Part shown: positions 19,065 to 28,064 of the stretch, in pieces | How the letters are laid out: every line of letters starts with the position of its first letter | How positions within the stretch are numbered: the stretch's first letter is position 1 | NCBI GenBank assembly: GCA_040222015.1 | Contig: JAVJWO010000172.1 | Location: 1 to 34,925, forward strand | Source of the DNA: Coleofasciculus chthonoplastes F2-STO-03 | GTDB lineage: Bacteria > Cyanobacteriota > Cyanobacteriia > Cyanobacteriales > Coleofasciculaceae | Direction of reading: 5' to 3' | DNA length: 34,925 bases | The notes under the pieces: generated by a model | What the model was told of the DNA's origin: nothing | Databases searched by the model: none | The model's input: only the letters and a program-made list of their open reading frames with translations | Program-made: the position numbers and the translations under genes

Positions 19065-20771
19065 TTAGTCTTTAACCCCAGCCAAGGATTCTTTGATCTG
19101 CCAGGTTTTGTCCTGAGAAAGTTCCAGCAAAGACTGATGGTAATTTGTCAACGTCGAACGATGTCCCACACTTAAAAATGTCGTCCCTTTCGCCTGCAAA
19201 TGGTGATATAACCGTTCCTCATTCCCCAGATCCAAGGCACTGGTCGCTTCGTCCAGAATAGCGTACTTGGGTTGGTTGAGCAGTAACCGGGCAAAGGTTA
19301 ACCGTTGTTGTTCGCCCAAGGAGAGGACATCTGCCCAATCCTGTTGGGCATCAAACCCGCCAAACCGTTCATCTAAACCCGCTAAGTTCACCTGTTCTAA
19401 AACTTGCTGCAACTGTTGCTCCTCAACTTCAAGGTGGGTGTTAGGATAGAGCAATTGATCGCGGAGAGTACCCAGCACCATATAAGGACGCTGGGGCAAA
19501 AATAGAATCTGATCAGCTTCAGGACGAATAATCGTACCCTTACCAGAATCCCATAATCCCGCGATCGCGCGTAACAGTGAACTCTTGCCACAACCACTGG
19601 GTCCCATGACTAAAAGTCCTTCTCCAGCCGATAACTCTATTGACAAATCTTCCACCAACGTCCGTTGATAATTAGGCGTTTGCAGGCTCAGGTGTTCAAC
19701 TGCCAACCGATCTGCCTCAACCCTCTGAATCTTTGGTTGCTCGTCCGATACCTGGGTTGCTTCTGTCTGCTCTAAAAACTCGGCAAAGGTATAGAGACGG
19801 TTAATTCCAGCGCCAAAGGTGGTTAATTGCTGGAAGCGGGCAACGACAACATTGAGGGAGAAGAAGACGCGGATAAAGGCTCCCTGCGCCTCAGACACTT
19901 TACCCACCTCCATAACTCCTGCAAAAATCGCCGGGGCGACAACTAGGGCAGGTAGGATGAAGGGGATGAACTCATAGGCATTGGTGAGAATATTTAAATT
20001 CAACTCCCAAACCAGCAACCGTTTGACATTTTCAAACACATCAAAAAACCGCTGCTTAACCTGATTCGACTCCTGCTCTTCCCCCTGATAAAACGCGATC
20101 GCTTCGGCATTTTCCCGAATTCGCACCAAGCTAAAGCGGAGATTCGCTTCCCTTTTAAGTTGTTCAAAGTTGAGTCGCACCAGGGGCTTACCAAATACCA
20201 TAGTTGTCACCAGCGTTCCGATTAGAGCATACAGCACCAGAAAAAACACCAGGGGTTTAGAAATGCCCCAGAGTACACTGCTAAACGCAATCACCGACAG
20301 CACCGACTCCACCAACACTAGCAAAAAGGTGAGAGACTCCTGGGTAAAACTCCTGACATCCTCGGCAATCCGCTGATCTGGGTTATCAATCTCGGTTGTA
20401 CCAATATGCAGGTTGTAATAGGCGCGATGGCGAAAATAGTTATCCACAAATCGATGGGTGAGCCATTTGCGCCATTGCAGGCTGAGGCGATCGCGCAGAT
20501 AGGTGTAGCCTGCCAATAGAGGTGCATAAATCACTAGCACACCGATGAAAATAATCACCGTTTGCCAGAAGCGGGCTTCATCCTGGGCGGAAAGGGCTGA
20601 GATTAATACCCCTCGCTTGTTATTGAGTAGAACACTTAATCCCGTATGGGCGAGCAGAAATAGCACCACACTCAGGAGTAACCCTCTGGCAAGCCATTTC
20701 TCATCCCCTAACCAGTAGGATTTGGCGATCGTCCAGAATTGCTGGAGTACATTGAAATTCAATCGATCCAT
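19065..20771 (-). CDS. ABCD/YddA-type fused ABC transporter permease-ATPase
   Basis: IDNPDQRI, GPSGCGKS, FLPQRPY, LSLGEQQR, ILDEATSALD and SVGHR. Probable ATG at 20771. Confidence 0.93.
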   Translation of the reverse strand: MDRLNFNVLQQFWTIAKSYWLGDEKWLARGLLLSVVLFLLAHTGLSVLLNNKRGVLISALSAQDEARFWQTVIIFIGVLVIYAPLLAGYTYLRDRLSLQWRKWLTHRFVDNYFRHRAYYNLHIGTTEIDNPDQRIAEDVRSFTQESLTFLLVLVESVLSVIAFSSVLWGISKPLVFFLVLYALIGTLVTTMVFGKPLVRLNFEQLKREANLRFSLVRIRENAEAIAFYQGEEQESNQVKQRFFDVFENVKRLLVWELNLNILTNAYEFIPFILPALVVAPAIFAGVMEVGKVSEAQGAFIRVFFSLNVVVARFQQLTTFGAGINRLYTFAEFLEQTEATQVSDEQPKIQRVEADRLAVEHLSLQTPNYQRTLVEDLSIELSAGEGLLVMGPSGCGKSSLLRAIAGLWDSGKGTIIRPEADQILFLPQRPYMVLGTLRDQLLYPNTHLEVEEQQLQQVLEQVNLAGLDERFGGFDAQQDWADVLSLGEQQRLTFARLLLNQPKYAILDEATSALDLGNEERLYHHLQAKGTTFLSVGHRSTLTNYHQSLLELSQDKTWQIKESLAGVKD

Positions 20772-20881
20772 CGGCTTGTTTGGGTGACAACTCGGTTTAC
20801 TCGAAGACAATCACTAACGGCAAACTTGGGTAAAATCTGCTCAAATATGGGTATAACTCATCTCTAAGCAATTGTTAAATT

Positions 20882-21298
20882 ATGCTACAAATTTCTAATA
20901 CTGTGAGTATTCCAGAGGAGGAGATTGACATGAGTGCGATGCGCTCTCAAGGGGCAGGGGGGCAAAACGTGAATAAAGTGGCGAGTGCTATTCACCTGCG
21001 CTTTGATATCCAGGCTTCCTCGCTGCCCGATCGCTACAAAGATCGGCTGTTGAAGCGTTCCGATCAGCGTATTACCAAAGACGGGGTGATTATTATTAAA
21101 GCCCAGGAACACCGCAGCCAACAGCAGAATCGGGAAGAAGCGCGGCTGCGACTGCGAGAGTTGATTAAGAGTGCGATCGCACTTCCCAAACGCCGTAAAA
21201 GGAGCAAGCCCACTCGAAGTTCTCAACGGAAACGTCTAGATAGCAAAAATAGGCGATCGCATATCAAAGCGATGCGACGAAAGGTAACGGATGAATAA
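20882..21298 (+). CDS. arfB: Alternative ribosome rescue peptidyl-tRNA hydrolase
   Basis: GAGGQNVNKV, RSQQQNR and a basic C-terminal tail. Confidence 0.95.
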   Translation: MLQISNTVSIPEEEIDMSAMRSQGAGGQNVNKVASAIHLRFDIQASSLPDRYKDRLLKRSDQRITKDGVIIIKAQEHRSQQQNREEARLRLRELIKSAIALPKRRKRSKPTRSSQRKRLDSKNRRSHIKAMRRKVTDE

Positions 21299-21392
21299 TC
21301 TTGATTTGGATTTGTCGGAGATAATTGACCCGTTAAAAATCGTCTGGCAAGCCATCCTTTTTCACATCGTAAATCACCAATCGGACTTGATA

Positions 21393-22064
21393 TTACAACA
21401 ATCCCCGATAATGAATAAACACTAAAATAGCCGCCCAGGAACCCAAGGCGACTTTGACGGCAACTAAAATATTGAGCAGAGGGATAATCCCACCACTAAG
21501 CAGTGTGCCTAAATTTCCATGGGGTAACTCGACTCCAGCCAGAGTGATCACGGCGAGGACAATGAAAACCAGAACCGAAACCTTCTCCCATTTAGAAGCG
21601 TGCCAACGCTTATAGATTCCCTGCATCCACTCCGTTGATGAGGTAATCGCCACCAAACCGATCGCGGTTCCCCCAGCTACCCCAGCGGCAAACCCACCAC
21701 CAGGGCTAAGATGTCCCCGAATCGCTAATTCGATACCCACCAACGCGGAAATGGTTGCTCCCAGACGCGCCAAAATCATCGAGGGTTGATCGCTAAATTG
21801 ATAGACAGTACAGAACGGCTTTTCATCCGCCAGCAGAAACCGCACCCCCATAATCGCGATCGTAAATACAACCACTTCAAAGATCGTGTCATACAACCGA
21901 TTCCGGAAAATGATACCCGAAACGGTATTCGATACCCCACTATCTTGGACAATGGCTTCGACGATAGAGATATCCGACAAATCCGGTGCCGAATTGGACA
22001 TATTGGGCGTGATTAGGAATATGACGTACAGCGCTATCCCCGCTGCAATGTAAACCCATTTCAT
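21393..22064 (-). CDS. mrpB: Mrp Na+/H+ antiporter subunit B
   Basis: RLYDTIFE and GHLSPGGGFAAG. Confidence 0.9.
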   Translation of the reverse strand: MKWVYIAAGIALYVIFLITPNMSNSAPDLSDISIVEAIVQDSGVSNTVSGIIFRNRLYDTIFEVVVFTIAIMGVRFLLADEKPFCTVYQFSDQPSMILARLGATISALVGIELAIRGHLSPGGGFAAGVAGGTAIGLVAITSSTEWMQGIYKRWHASKWEKVSVLVFIVLAVITLAGVELPHGNLGTLLSGGIIPLLNILVAVKVALGSWAAILVFIHYRGLL

Positions 22065-22669
22065 TAATGTTCCTCTCCTGAATCTGGTGTATTGATATAG
22101 GTTAAATGTGTCGCGGGTGACGACAGTTCGGTTCGCATGATGTCATAGAGGCGTTGAACCCGAGTCGCGGTGTGATAAGATGGCGTCTCAGACTCTGGTA
22201 CTGTTGGGTCTTGAGGCTCTAGTTTGGCTTGATGCGATCGCATACAGGTGGCATGAATTTCTTTCTCCATCAGCGCCCGATGCAACGCCTGCTGATCCGT
22301 GTACGGGACTACCTCGACACGCATATAATGTTTGCTAAAAATGCTGCGTAAATCATCCATCAGTTCCCCAAAATGCCGCTCAACTTCGTTCGTAGTCGGC
22401 GCTTTAGCGCCACTCTCTTCAAGTACACCCAGACGCAGGGTTAAGGATGAACGCACCGCCACCGCATACAGCGTAATCGCCAGCATAGTACCCACCAAGG
22501 CTTCAGTCAACGCCACATCCGCCGCGCCCAAAACTGCATAAACCAATGCCGCCACTGCTCCCAAAATACCCCGAATCACCAAAGCATGGTAAGGATTCAC
22601 CTGAAAAACTAACATACAGGCAGCCAAAGGCAGCAGCGCAATAATCACATAAATATCACTCTGATTCAT
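22064..22669 (-). CDS. Mrp antiporter DUF4040-domain subunit (MrpA C-terminal/MrpB-like)
   Basis: LGAADVALTEALVG, operon position; probable ATG at 22669. Confidence 0.85.
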   Translation of the reverse strand: MNQSDIYVIIALLPLAACMLVFQVNPYHALVIRGILGAVAALVYAVLGAADVALTEALVGTMLAITLYAVAVRSSLTLRLGVLEESGAKAPTTNEVERHFGELMDDLRSIFSKHYMRVEVVPYTDQQALHRALMEKEIHATCMRSHQAKLEPQDPTVPESETPSYHTATRVQRLYDIMRTELSSPATHLTYINTPDSGEEH

Positions 22670-22946
22670 AGTCAAACTCCTCCCCACTACTCGAACAATA
22701 TGCCAACACATACCCCAGCACCGTATTCCAAATCGCCAACGAAATAATGGCGAGGATCAATAGGGGCCATTCACTGGGTATTTTTAGCAACAATCCGACG
22801 ATAATACTCATTGAACCCAGAGTATCTGCCACCGAAAGAGTATGCAGTTTAAAGAGTACAGATCGGTGACCAATCAACGGAAAGGTTCCCCAAAACCAGA
22901 AGACAATTCCTAACCCGATACAGATATAACTAAGCACGTTGATCAT
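22656..22946 (-). CDS. mrpG: Mrp antiporter subunit G
   Basis: KLHTLSVADTLG; probable ATG at 22946. Confidence 0.85.
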   Translation of the reverse strand: MINVLSYICIGLGIVFWFWGTFPLIGHRSVLFKLHTLSVADTLGSMSIIVGLLLKIPSEWPLLILAIISLAIWNTVLGYVLAYCSSSGEEFDYESE

Positions 22947-23211
22947 AGTAGGACTCTTTCGCTGAATCATTGATTCGTTTAAGGATATGTGCCAACAACA
23001 TTAATCCGGCATTCCCCACACTCAGGATAATTACCCCGACAACTCCGATCATCCAGTCATCCCGTATGACAGAAACAACCAGAATCATAATTGAGGTTTT
23101 GGTGGCAATACTGGCAAATGCCAACATTTTTTGCCAAATATCATCATCCTGCCATGCCTCATACATGGGGATAAGTAACGCCAAAATCATGCTAATTAAA
23201 ATCCACTTCAT
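22930..23211 (-). CDS. mrpF: Mrp antiporter subunit F
   Basis: Small 3-TM protein overlapping mrpE and mrpG. Confidence 0.75.
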   Translation of the reverse strand: MKWILISMILALLIPMYEAWQDDDIWQKMLAFASIATKTSIMILVVSVIRDDWMIGVVGVIILSVGNAGLMLLAHILKRINDSAKESYYDQRA

Positions 23212-23597
23212 ATTCGTTTCCTCCGGCTAATTCTGTGAACTTCATACGACCCTTCCTCGTGGTATTTCAAAACAATGGTTTTGGGTGTAAACGTAATTAA
23301 AAATATATCGAGAAAAATCAGTCCGGGTGTACGCTGGGGTTTGACTCGTTCCATAATTACATCTTCGTACTTATGAGGACGGAGCATAATTTCAAATGCC
23401 TCAAAATACGCCTGGGGAATCGCCACAAGTACCTCACCCAAAACTCGCAACCAATCCTTTAAGGATTCCGGAGTTTTGGGGCGTCCCGGCAAAAGAAAGG
23501 CAATGGCGATGCCAATGATGATATTTGGTACACTCAGACTAGCGGTGAGCAAAAACCAGATGGTTAATCGCAATATCAAATTCAGATGTCCAATCAT
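23208..23597 (-). CDS. mrpE: Mrp antiporter subunit E
   Basis: ITFTPKT motif followed by a conserved VH. Confidence 0.88.
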   Translation of the reverse strand: MIGHLNLILRLTIWFLLTASLSVPNIIIGIAIAFLLPGRPKTPESLKDWLRVLGEVLVAIPQAYFEAFEIMLRPHKYEDVIMERVKPQRTPGLIFLDIFLITFTPKTIVLKYHEEGSYEVHRISRRKRI

Positions 23598-23599
23598 AT

Positions 23600-23648
23600 T
23601 TTGTCATTTGTCCTTTGTCATTTGTCCTTCGTCATTTGTCCTTCGTCA
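23600..23648. repeat. Heptamer tandem repeat (STRR type), 7 units
   Basis: TTYGTCM x7, ending 2 nt upstream of the mrpE start. Confidence 0.9.
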
Positions 23649-23714
23649 CTGTGGGGACAATAGCTAGAATAAAATTGACAACATACATTTTTCTACTTAT
23701 AGCGCCAAGACAAT

Positions 23715-25148
23715 TCAAGCGAATACCATTCCGAACAGCAACAGCAACATTAAACTCATCAGCCCAATCAGATGATCGAATTGCTCAAGCATACGAGGGA
23801 GTTTGATGGCAAGTCGTTTGAAAATCAAAAAGTATGCCAACCATCCGAGTGCGATAGTTGCCAGTTGTTTCACGATATTCTTAACTGTATACGCCTCGTA
23901 ATACACAACATTTGATAAAATTAAACCCCCGATTAATATGATCATTGCTAACCAGAAACCGGGCTTTACATTTCCCTCTCCTTGTGGGTTGTGAGGCAGA
24001 AAAATTAATTTGGCAAAGGATATTGCCGTTCCCAAAGCCGCAATATTCATGCCAATCACTTGCCAGTCCAAAAGATTTTCCATCGTCAAAGCCTTTGCTC
24101 CAAAACCCGATAATAAGGGAAAGCCGGAGATAGAGAAACTAGCGATGACTAGGGCAATCCAAATCGAGGTATTAATCGGCTTATGATCCAGTTCTTTGAG
24201 GTTACGGCTAGGTAAGGTTCCCGCTATTAAGAACAGCGCTGATTTAACTAACCCGTGGGTTAGCGCATAAAAGCCACCAAATTTGGGTACAGCTAGGACA
24301 AAGCCTAACTGCGAAATCGTGTGAAATGCCAACATTCGTTTGCTATCTTTTTCAAAGACGGCATAACCGACTCCTAGCACCGCTGTGCCTAAGCCGAAGA
24401 GTCTGACAATGGGATCAATCTCTGGCACCATCAAAGCAAAGCGCATCAGGGGAAACACCCCGGCTTTTACCACAACCCCCGATAGCAACGCCGACACCGG
24501 TGTCTCGGATTCCGAGTGGGTTAAGGGTAACCACAATCCCGATACAAAGATACCCCCCTTACTCAACAGTCCCAGAAAAATCAAGGCAATTGCCTCGATG
24601 GGAGCATTGCTTAAACCCTCATAAGCAAAAGAAGAATTCGCCTGATACACCAACGCCGCACCCATCAGATAAAACAGCATTGCTACATTGCTGAACAACA
24701 GATAGCGCAACGCCACCCAAATCGAACGATTCGTTCGGGGATAGGCAATTAACAGAAATGCGGCAATACCAATGACCTCTAACGCCACGTATAAGCTGAT
24801 GAAATCGGCACAGACAAAGGCGGCATTAACACAGCCATGTAAAATAATCATCTGTGTATAAAAAAAAGCCGTCTTATTGGTGTGCCAACAATAGAGGATA
24901 ACGGCGGTTGTGACTAGGGCATTGGTCAGTATAAAAAAACCGCTCAATTCGTCAGCGATTAAGGTAACGCCGAAACTATCCAATAATTCCAGGGTTAATG
25001 GCGATTTAGCCATAAATAGCTGCGATGCATATCCAGCCGAAACCAGGGCGACGCCCAGTGCGAGATATCGGTCAAGTTTAGGGAACAGATAAATGCTGAA
25101 CCCCACAAACATCGGTAGTGCGATCCAGACAATCGTCAATGTACTCAT
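23715..25148 (-). CDS. mrpD: Mrp antiporter subunit D (NuoM/N-like)
   Basis: SLYVALE, WLPLTH, SALLSGVVVKAG, KRMLAFHTISQLG and HGLVKSALF. Confidence 0.92.
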   Translation of the reverse strand: MSTLTIVWIALPMFVGFSIYLFPKLDRYLALGVALVSAGYASQLFMAKSPLTLELLDSFGVTLIADELSGFFILTNALVTTAVILYCWHTNKTAFFYTQMIILHGCVNAAFVCADFISLYVALEVIGIAAFLLIAYPRTNRSIWVALRYLLFSNVAMLFYLMGAALVYQANSSFAYEGLSNAPIEAIALIFLGLLSKGGIFVSGLWLPLTHSESETPVSALLSGVVVKAGVFPLMRFALMVPEIDPIVRLFGLGTAVLGVGYAVFEKDSKRMLAFHTISQLGFVLAVPKFGGFYALTHGLVKSALFLIAGTLPSRNLKELDHKPINTSIWIALVIASFSISGFPLLSGFGAKALTMENLLDWQVIGMNIAALGTAISFAKLIFLPHNPQGEGNVKPGFWLAMIILIGGLILSNVVYYEAYTVKNIVKQLATIALGWLAYFLIFKRLAIKLPRMLEQFDHLIGLMSLMLLLLFGMVFA

Positions 25149-25507
25149 GGGGTATTGTGCTTCTCAATCTCGCTGCTTTCTAAGGTGGGATGATCCCGTG
25201 CTAGCTTCATCACACCGACTAGCATCAGCGCTTGAATCGAAAAGCCGATCACAATTGCGGTTAAGATCACCGCTTGAGGAACTGGATCAGAATAAGCGCC
25301 ATTTTCGATGTTGGCAATAATCCCCTTTTCGACGGAAATAATCGGTGTAAACAAGGCTTCTCCTTTGCGTGATGCGATCAGCACGTAATAGGCAATAACC
25401 CCCGTACTCATCACATCCATAGAGATGATCTTCATCACCAGATTTTTTTTCAGGATGATGCCGAAAAATCCGCACAGGATGGTGGCAAATATGCAGGCTT
25501 CTAACAC
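25145..25507 (-). CDS. mrpC: Mrp antiporter subunit C
   Basis: KNLVMKII and DPVPQAVILTAIVIG. Probable GTG start at 25507. Confidence 0.92.
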   Translation of the reverse strand: MLEACIFATILCGFFGIILKKNLVMKIISMDVMSTGVIAYYVLIASRKGEALFTPIISVEKGIIANIENGAYSDPVPQAVILTAIVIGFSIQALMLVGVMKLARDHPTLESSEIEKHNTP

Positions 25508-25676
25508 GGGTATGCTGTCCTGGAAAAAGGTGCTAAAACATTTATAGCACGTTTTAATAGTGCTAACCAAGGCAGACACTATTGAAAAGTGTCAATGCCA
25601 ACCATAGACTCATACCACACCAACGGATTGATTGGAACAGGGGCAATGATGATTAGTCATTCGTCATACTCAAGGG

Positions 25677-26045
25677 AGCGAGCTGCACAAGTGGCTACCG
25701 TGCTCACGAAACCTGACTATGTAACTGAACTTAAGAATCAAGGTGTATTTGAGTTAGTTAATAATGATTTCCAACCCGCTTTGTCAAAAGAACAACTTAA
25801 GTATACAGTGCTGTGTTGTGGAGGATATGATTTCAAGAAGTCTCTTCAAGTTATTAATGGAATAGATGACCCAGAGCTTCAAGAAAAACTTAAGTGGTTT
25901 GTCACAACGGCAATGTGGTCGTATTCGGGAACGCAGGATTTTGATAATGACTCAAAATTTGCAACCTTCTTGATATACAACCTCGAAGACGACACTAAAA
26001 CCTACGTAAACGGGGATTTCCCTCCTTCATTTATTACTGTTTCAG
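25677..26045 (+). pseudogene. Internal fragment of an alpha/beta hydrolase (HSL-like esterase)
   Basis: AAQVATVLTKPDY, VLCCGGYD, MWSYSGTQDF and YVNGDFPPSFITV resemble the segment between the GDSAG nucleophile and the catalytic Asp, and both of those are absent. Confidence 0.55.
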
Positions 26046-26120
26046 CAAATATTTTGCTTTTATTGTGGTATATTTTTTGAAAATGAAAACCCCCTGCTTT
26101 TGAAGGGGGACGGGAGGGGG

Positions 26121-26180
26121 CTCTATAAGGGAAGAAGGGGCTCTATAAGGGAAGAGGGGGCTCTAAAAAGGGAAAAGGGT
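26121..26180. repeat. 20-bp tandem repeat, 3 units
   Basis: ctctataagggaagaagggg / ctctataagggaagaggggg / ctctaaaaagggaaaagggt. Confidence 0.85.
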
Positions 26181-26279
26181 GATCGGAAGGGGAATCTACT
26201 GTGAGATGGGAGGGAAATCCAGAAAGGACAAATAACATAAGAATAAAGTTTTGCGCTAGCGTGAGAAGAGAAACATCTA

Positions 26280-27614
26280 TTGCTTCTGTTCCCTGTGCTG
26301 CTAAATAAACGTCCTATTCTATTTACGGGTTTCGTTGCTTGCCTCGTGGGTGTGTTAACCGCCTGCGCCAACAGTCCCACCGGTCAATCCTTAGAACGTT
26401 CTTTAGCCGTAGATCCCAAACTGGAGGATAATGGCTCAGTTTTGGGGAGTCAAACGAATGAACAAACATCTTCGGCGCAATTACCAGAGGATTTCCCTAC
26501 CGTAATTCCCCGCTATCCCGATGCTCAATTACAGAACGTTGAACCCTTAACTCGTTCAGATGCCCAAGGTCAACGTACCATCTGGTCATCCACTGACCCT
26601 AGTAATGATATTCAAGCATTTTACCGCAGAGCATTTGAATCAGGCAGTTGGCAGGTTATTTCTGCACCGAATCAGGACGGGACGAATTCCTTTGTTGTGC
26701 GTCGCAATGATTTACAAGTTAGGGTTTCTATTCCCACGGATAATGCTCCTAGCGATACGGAAGAAACCCAAACCGAGACAGAGACTGACCCAAATAATAC
26801 AACGTTTGAAATTCAGTACATCGGCAGCAGTACCGAGACAGCAGCACCGTCAGATGCTTCAGAATCTTCAGAGAAAGCAACGGAAACTCCTGAATCCGTT
26901 GATTCAGCATCTGGCAAAGAGCAAAACTTCACGGATTTCAATAACGTTCCGCCCGGATTGCGTCAGTATGTCGAAGACTTAGCCGCCTTAGGTGTTATCA
27001 CGCCTGACGCTTCTAGTGCTAACAATAAATCAGAGGAGAATAGTACATCATTTGCCGCCAACAAAATCATTACTCGCCGTCAGTATGCCCATTGGCTGAT
27101 TGATACCAATAATCGAATTTATGAGAATCGTCCAGGAGAACAAATCCGTTTAGCCTCAGAAACCACTCAACCCGCGTTCCAAGATGTGCCAGCCAGTGAC
27201 CCAGATTTTGGCGCAATTCAGGGATTAGCAGAAGCAGGGTTAATTCCTAGTCCTTTGAGTGGTAATTCAACCGAGGTTCTTTTCCGCCCTGATGCACCCC
27301 TAACACGGGAAAGTCTTGTTTTATGGAAAGTTCCCCTAGACACTCGTCAGGCGTTACCTTCAGCGTCTCTGGATGCAGTGCAGCAAACTTGGGGGTTTCA
27401 AGATGCTGGCAAGATTGATCCGAAAGCAGTGCGGGCAGTTTTGGCAGATTTTCAGAATGGGGAACAATCGATTATCCGTCGCGTTTTTGGGTACACCACT
27501 CTCTTTCAACCGCAAAAACCAGTCACACAAGCGGAAGCCGCCGCCGCCCTTTGGTATTTTGGTTCTCAGGGTGAGGGAATATCGGCTAGTGAGGTTCTCC
27601 AGCAATCGAACTAG
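26280..27614 (+). CDS. S-layer homology (SLH) domain lipoprotein
   Basis: Lipobox LTAC; SLH-like FQDVP, FRPDAPLTRE and FQPQKPVTQAEAAA. Confidence 0.85.
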   Translation: MLLFPVLLNKRPILFTGFVACLVGVLTACANSPTGQSLERSLAVDPKLEDNGSVLGSQTNEQTSSAQLPEDFPTVIPRYPDAQLQNVEPLTRSDAQGQRTIWSSTDPSNDIQAFYRRAFESGSWQVISAPNQDGTNSFVVRRNDLQVRVSIPTDNAPSDTEETQTETETDPNNTTFEIQYIGSSTETAAPSDASESSEKATETPESVDSASGKEQNFTDFNNVPPGLRQYVEDLAALGVITPDASSANNKSEENSTSFAANKIITRRQYAHWLIDTNNRIYENRPGEQIRLASETTQPAFQDVPASDPDFGAIQGLAEAGLIPSPLSGNSTEVLFRPDAPLTRESLVLWKVPLDTRQALPSASLDAVQQTWGFQDAGKIDPKAVRAVLADFQNGEQSIIRRVFGYTTLFQPQKPVTQAEAAAALWYFGSQGEGISASEVLQQSN

Positions 27615-27620
27615 AAAGAG

Positions 27621-27712
27621 TTTTGAGTGTTCCAGAGGCGTCATGGTTCGTCTGTAGGGGTGGGTTTAACGATTATCGTTTCGGGTTTACCCAGATTCAA
27701 CTAAACCTGCCC
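27621..27712 (+). repeat. 92-bp direct repeat, copy 1 (contains a REP at 27654-27712)
   Basis: 79/92 identical to 29921-30012 by ungapped hand alignment. Confidence 0.85.
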
Positions 27713-27729
27713 GAACCGAGTAATATGTA

Positions 27730-27944
27730 GGGTCTGCTAAATAAGTTTTGTGGTGAGGGGAGGGAACTGCTTAACAGGGAACAGGGAACAGTTTCAACCC
27801 CCGGTTGGGGGAAGATTCTGCGCTCGAGGAGGTGAAAATCCAAGGATGCAAGAGCGTAAGGGTGTAAAAACCTTGCACTTGTTGGGTTAAAAAATGGCTT
27901 TAAAACCTTGTATAGTATAGCTTTCCGATTCATTCAGCAAGCCC
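27730..27944. mobile_element. 215-bp MITE with terminal inverted repeats and a target duplication
   Basis: Ends GGGTCTGCTAAAT / ATTCAGCAAGCCC, flanked on both sides by TATGTA (27724-27729 and 27945-27950). Confidence 0.8.
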
Positions 27945-27947
27945 TAT

Positions 27948-28009
27948 GTAGGGGCGGGTTTTACTACTATCCTTTTTGACCTCACCCAAATGTAACTAAA
28001 CCCGCCCCT
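27948..28009. repeat. GTAGGGGCGGGTTT REP-like inverted repeat
   Basis: gtaggggcgggttt ... aaacccgcccct. Confidence 0.8.
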
Positions 28010-28064
28010 GTTTCAATGGCTTTTCACCAAAAGAAACCCAGTTTCTTGACCGATGTCCTAGGAT

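Noticed and set aside
21393..25507. mrp operon lacking a full-length mrpA as a novelty
   Set aside because: It matches the known cyanobacterial C-D-E-F-G-DUF4040-B arrangement.
27791..27825. GTTTCAACCCCCGGTTGGGGG resembles the start of a cyanobacterial CRISPR repeat
   Set aside because: Single copy inside the MITE, with no spacers and no cas genes.
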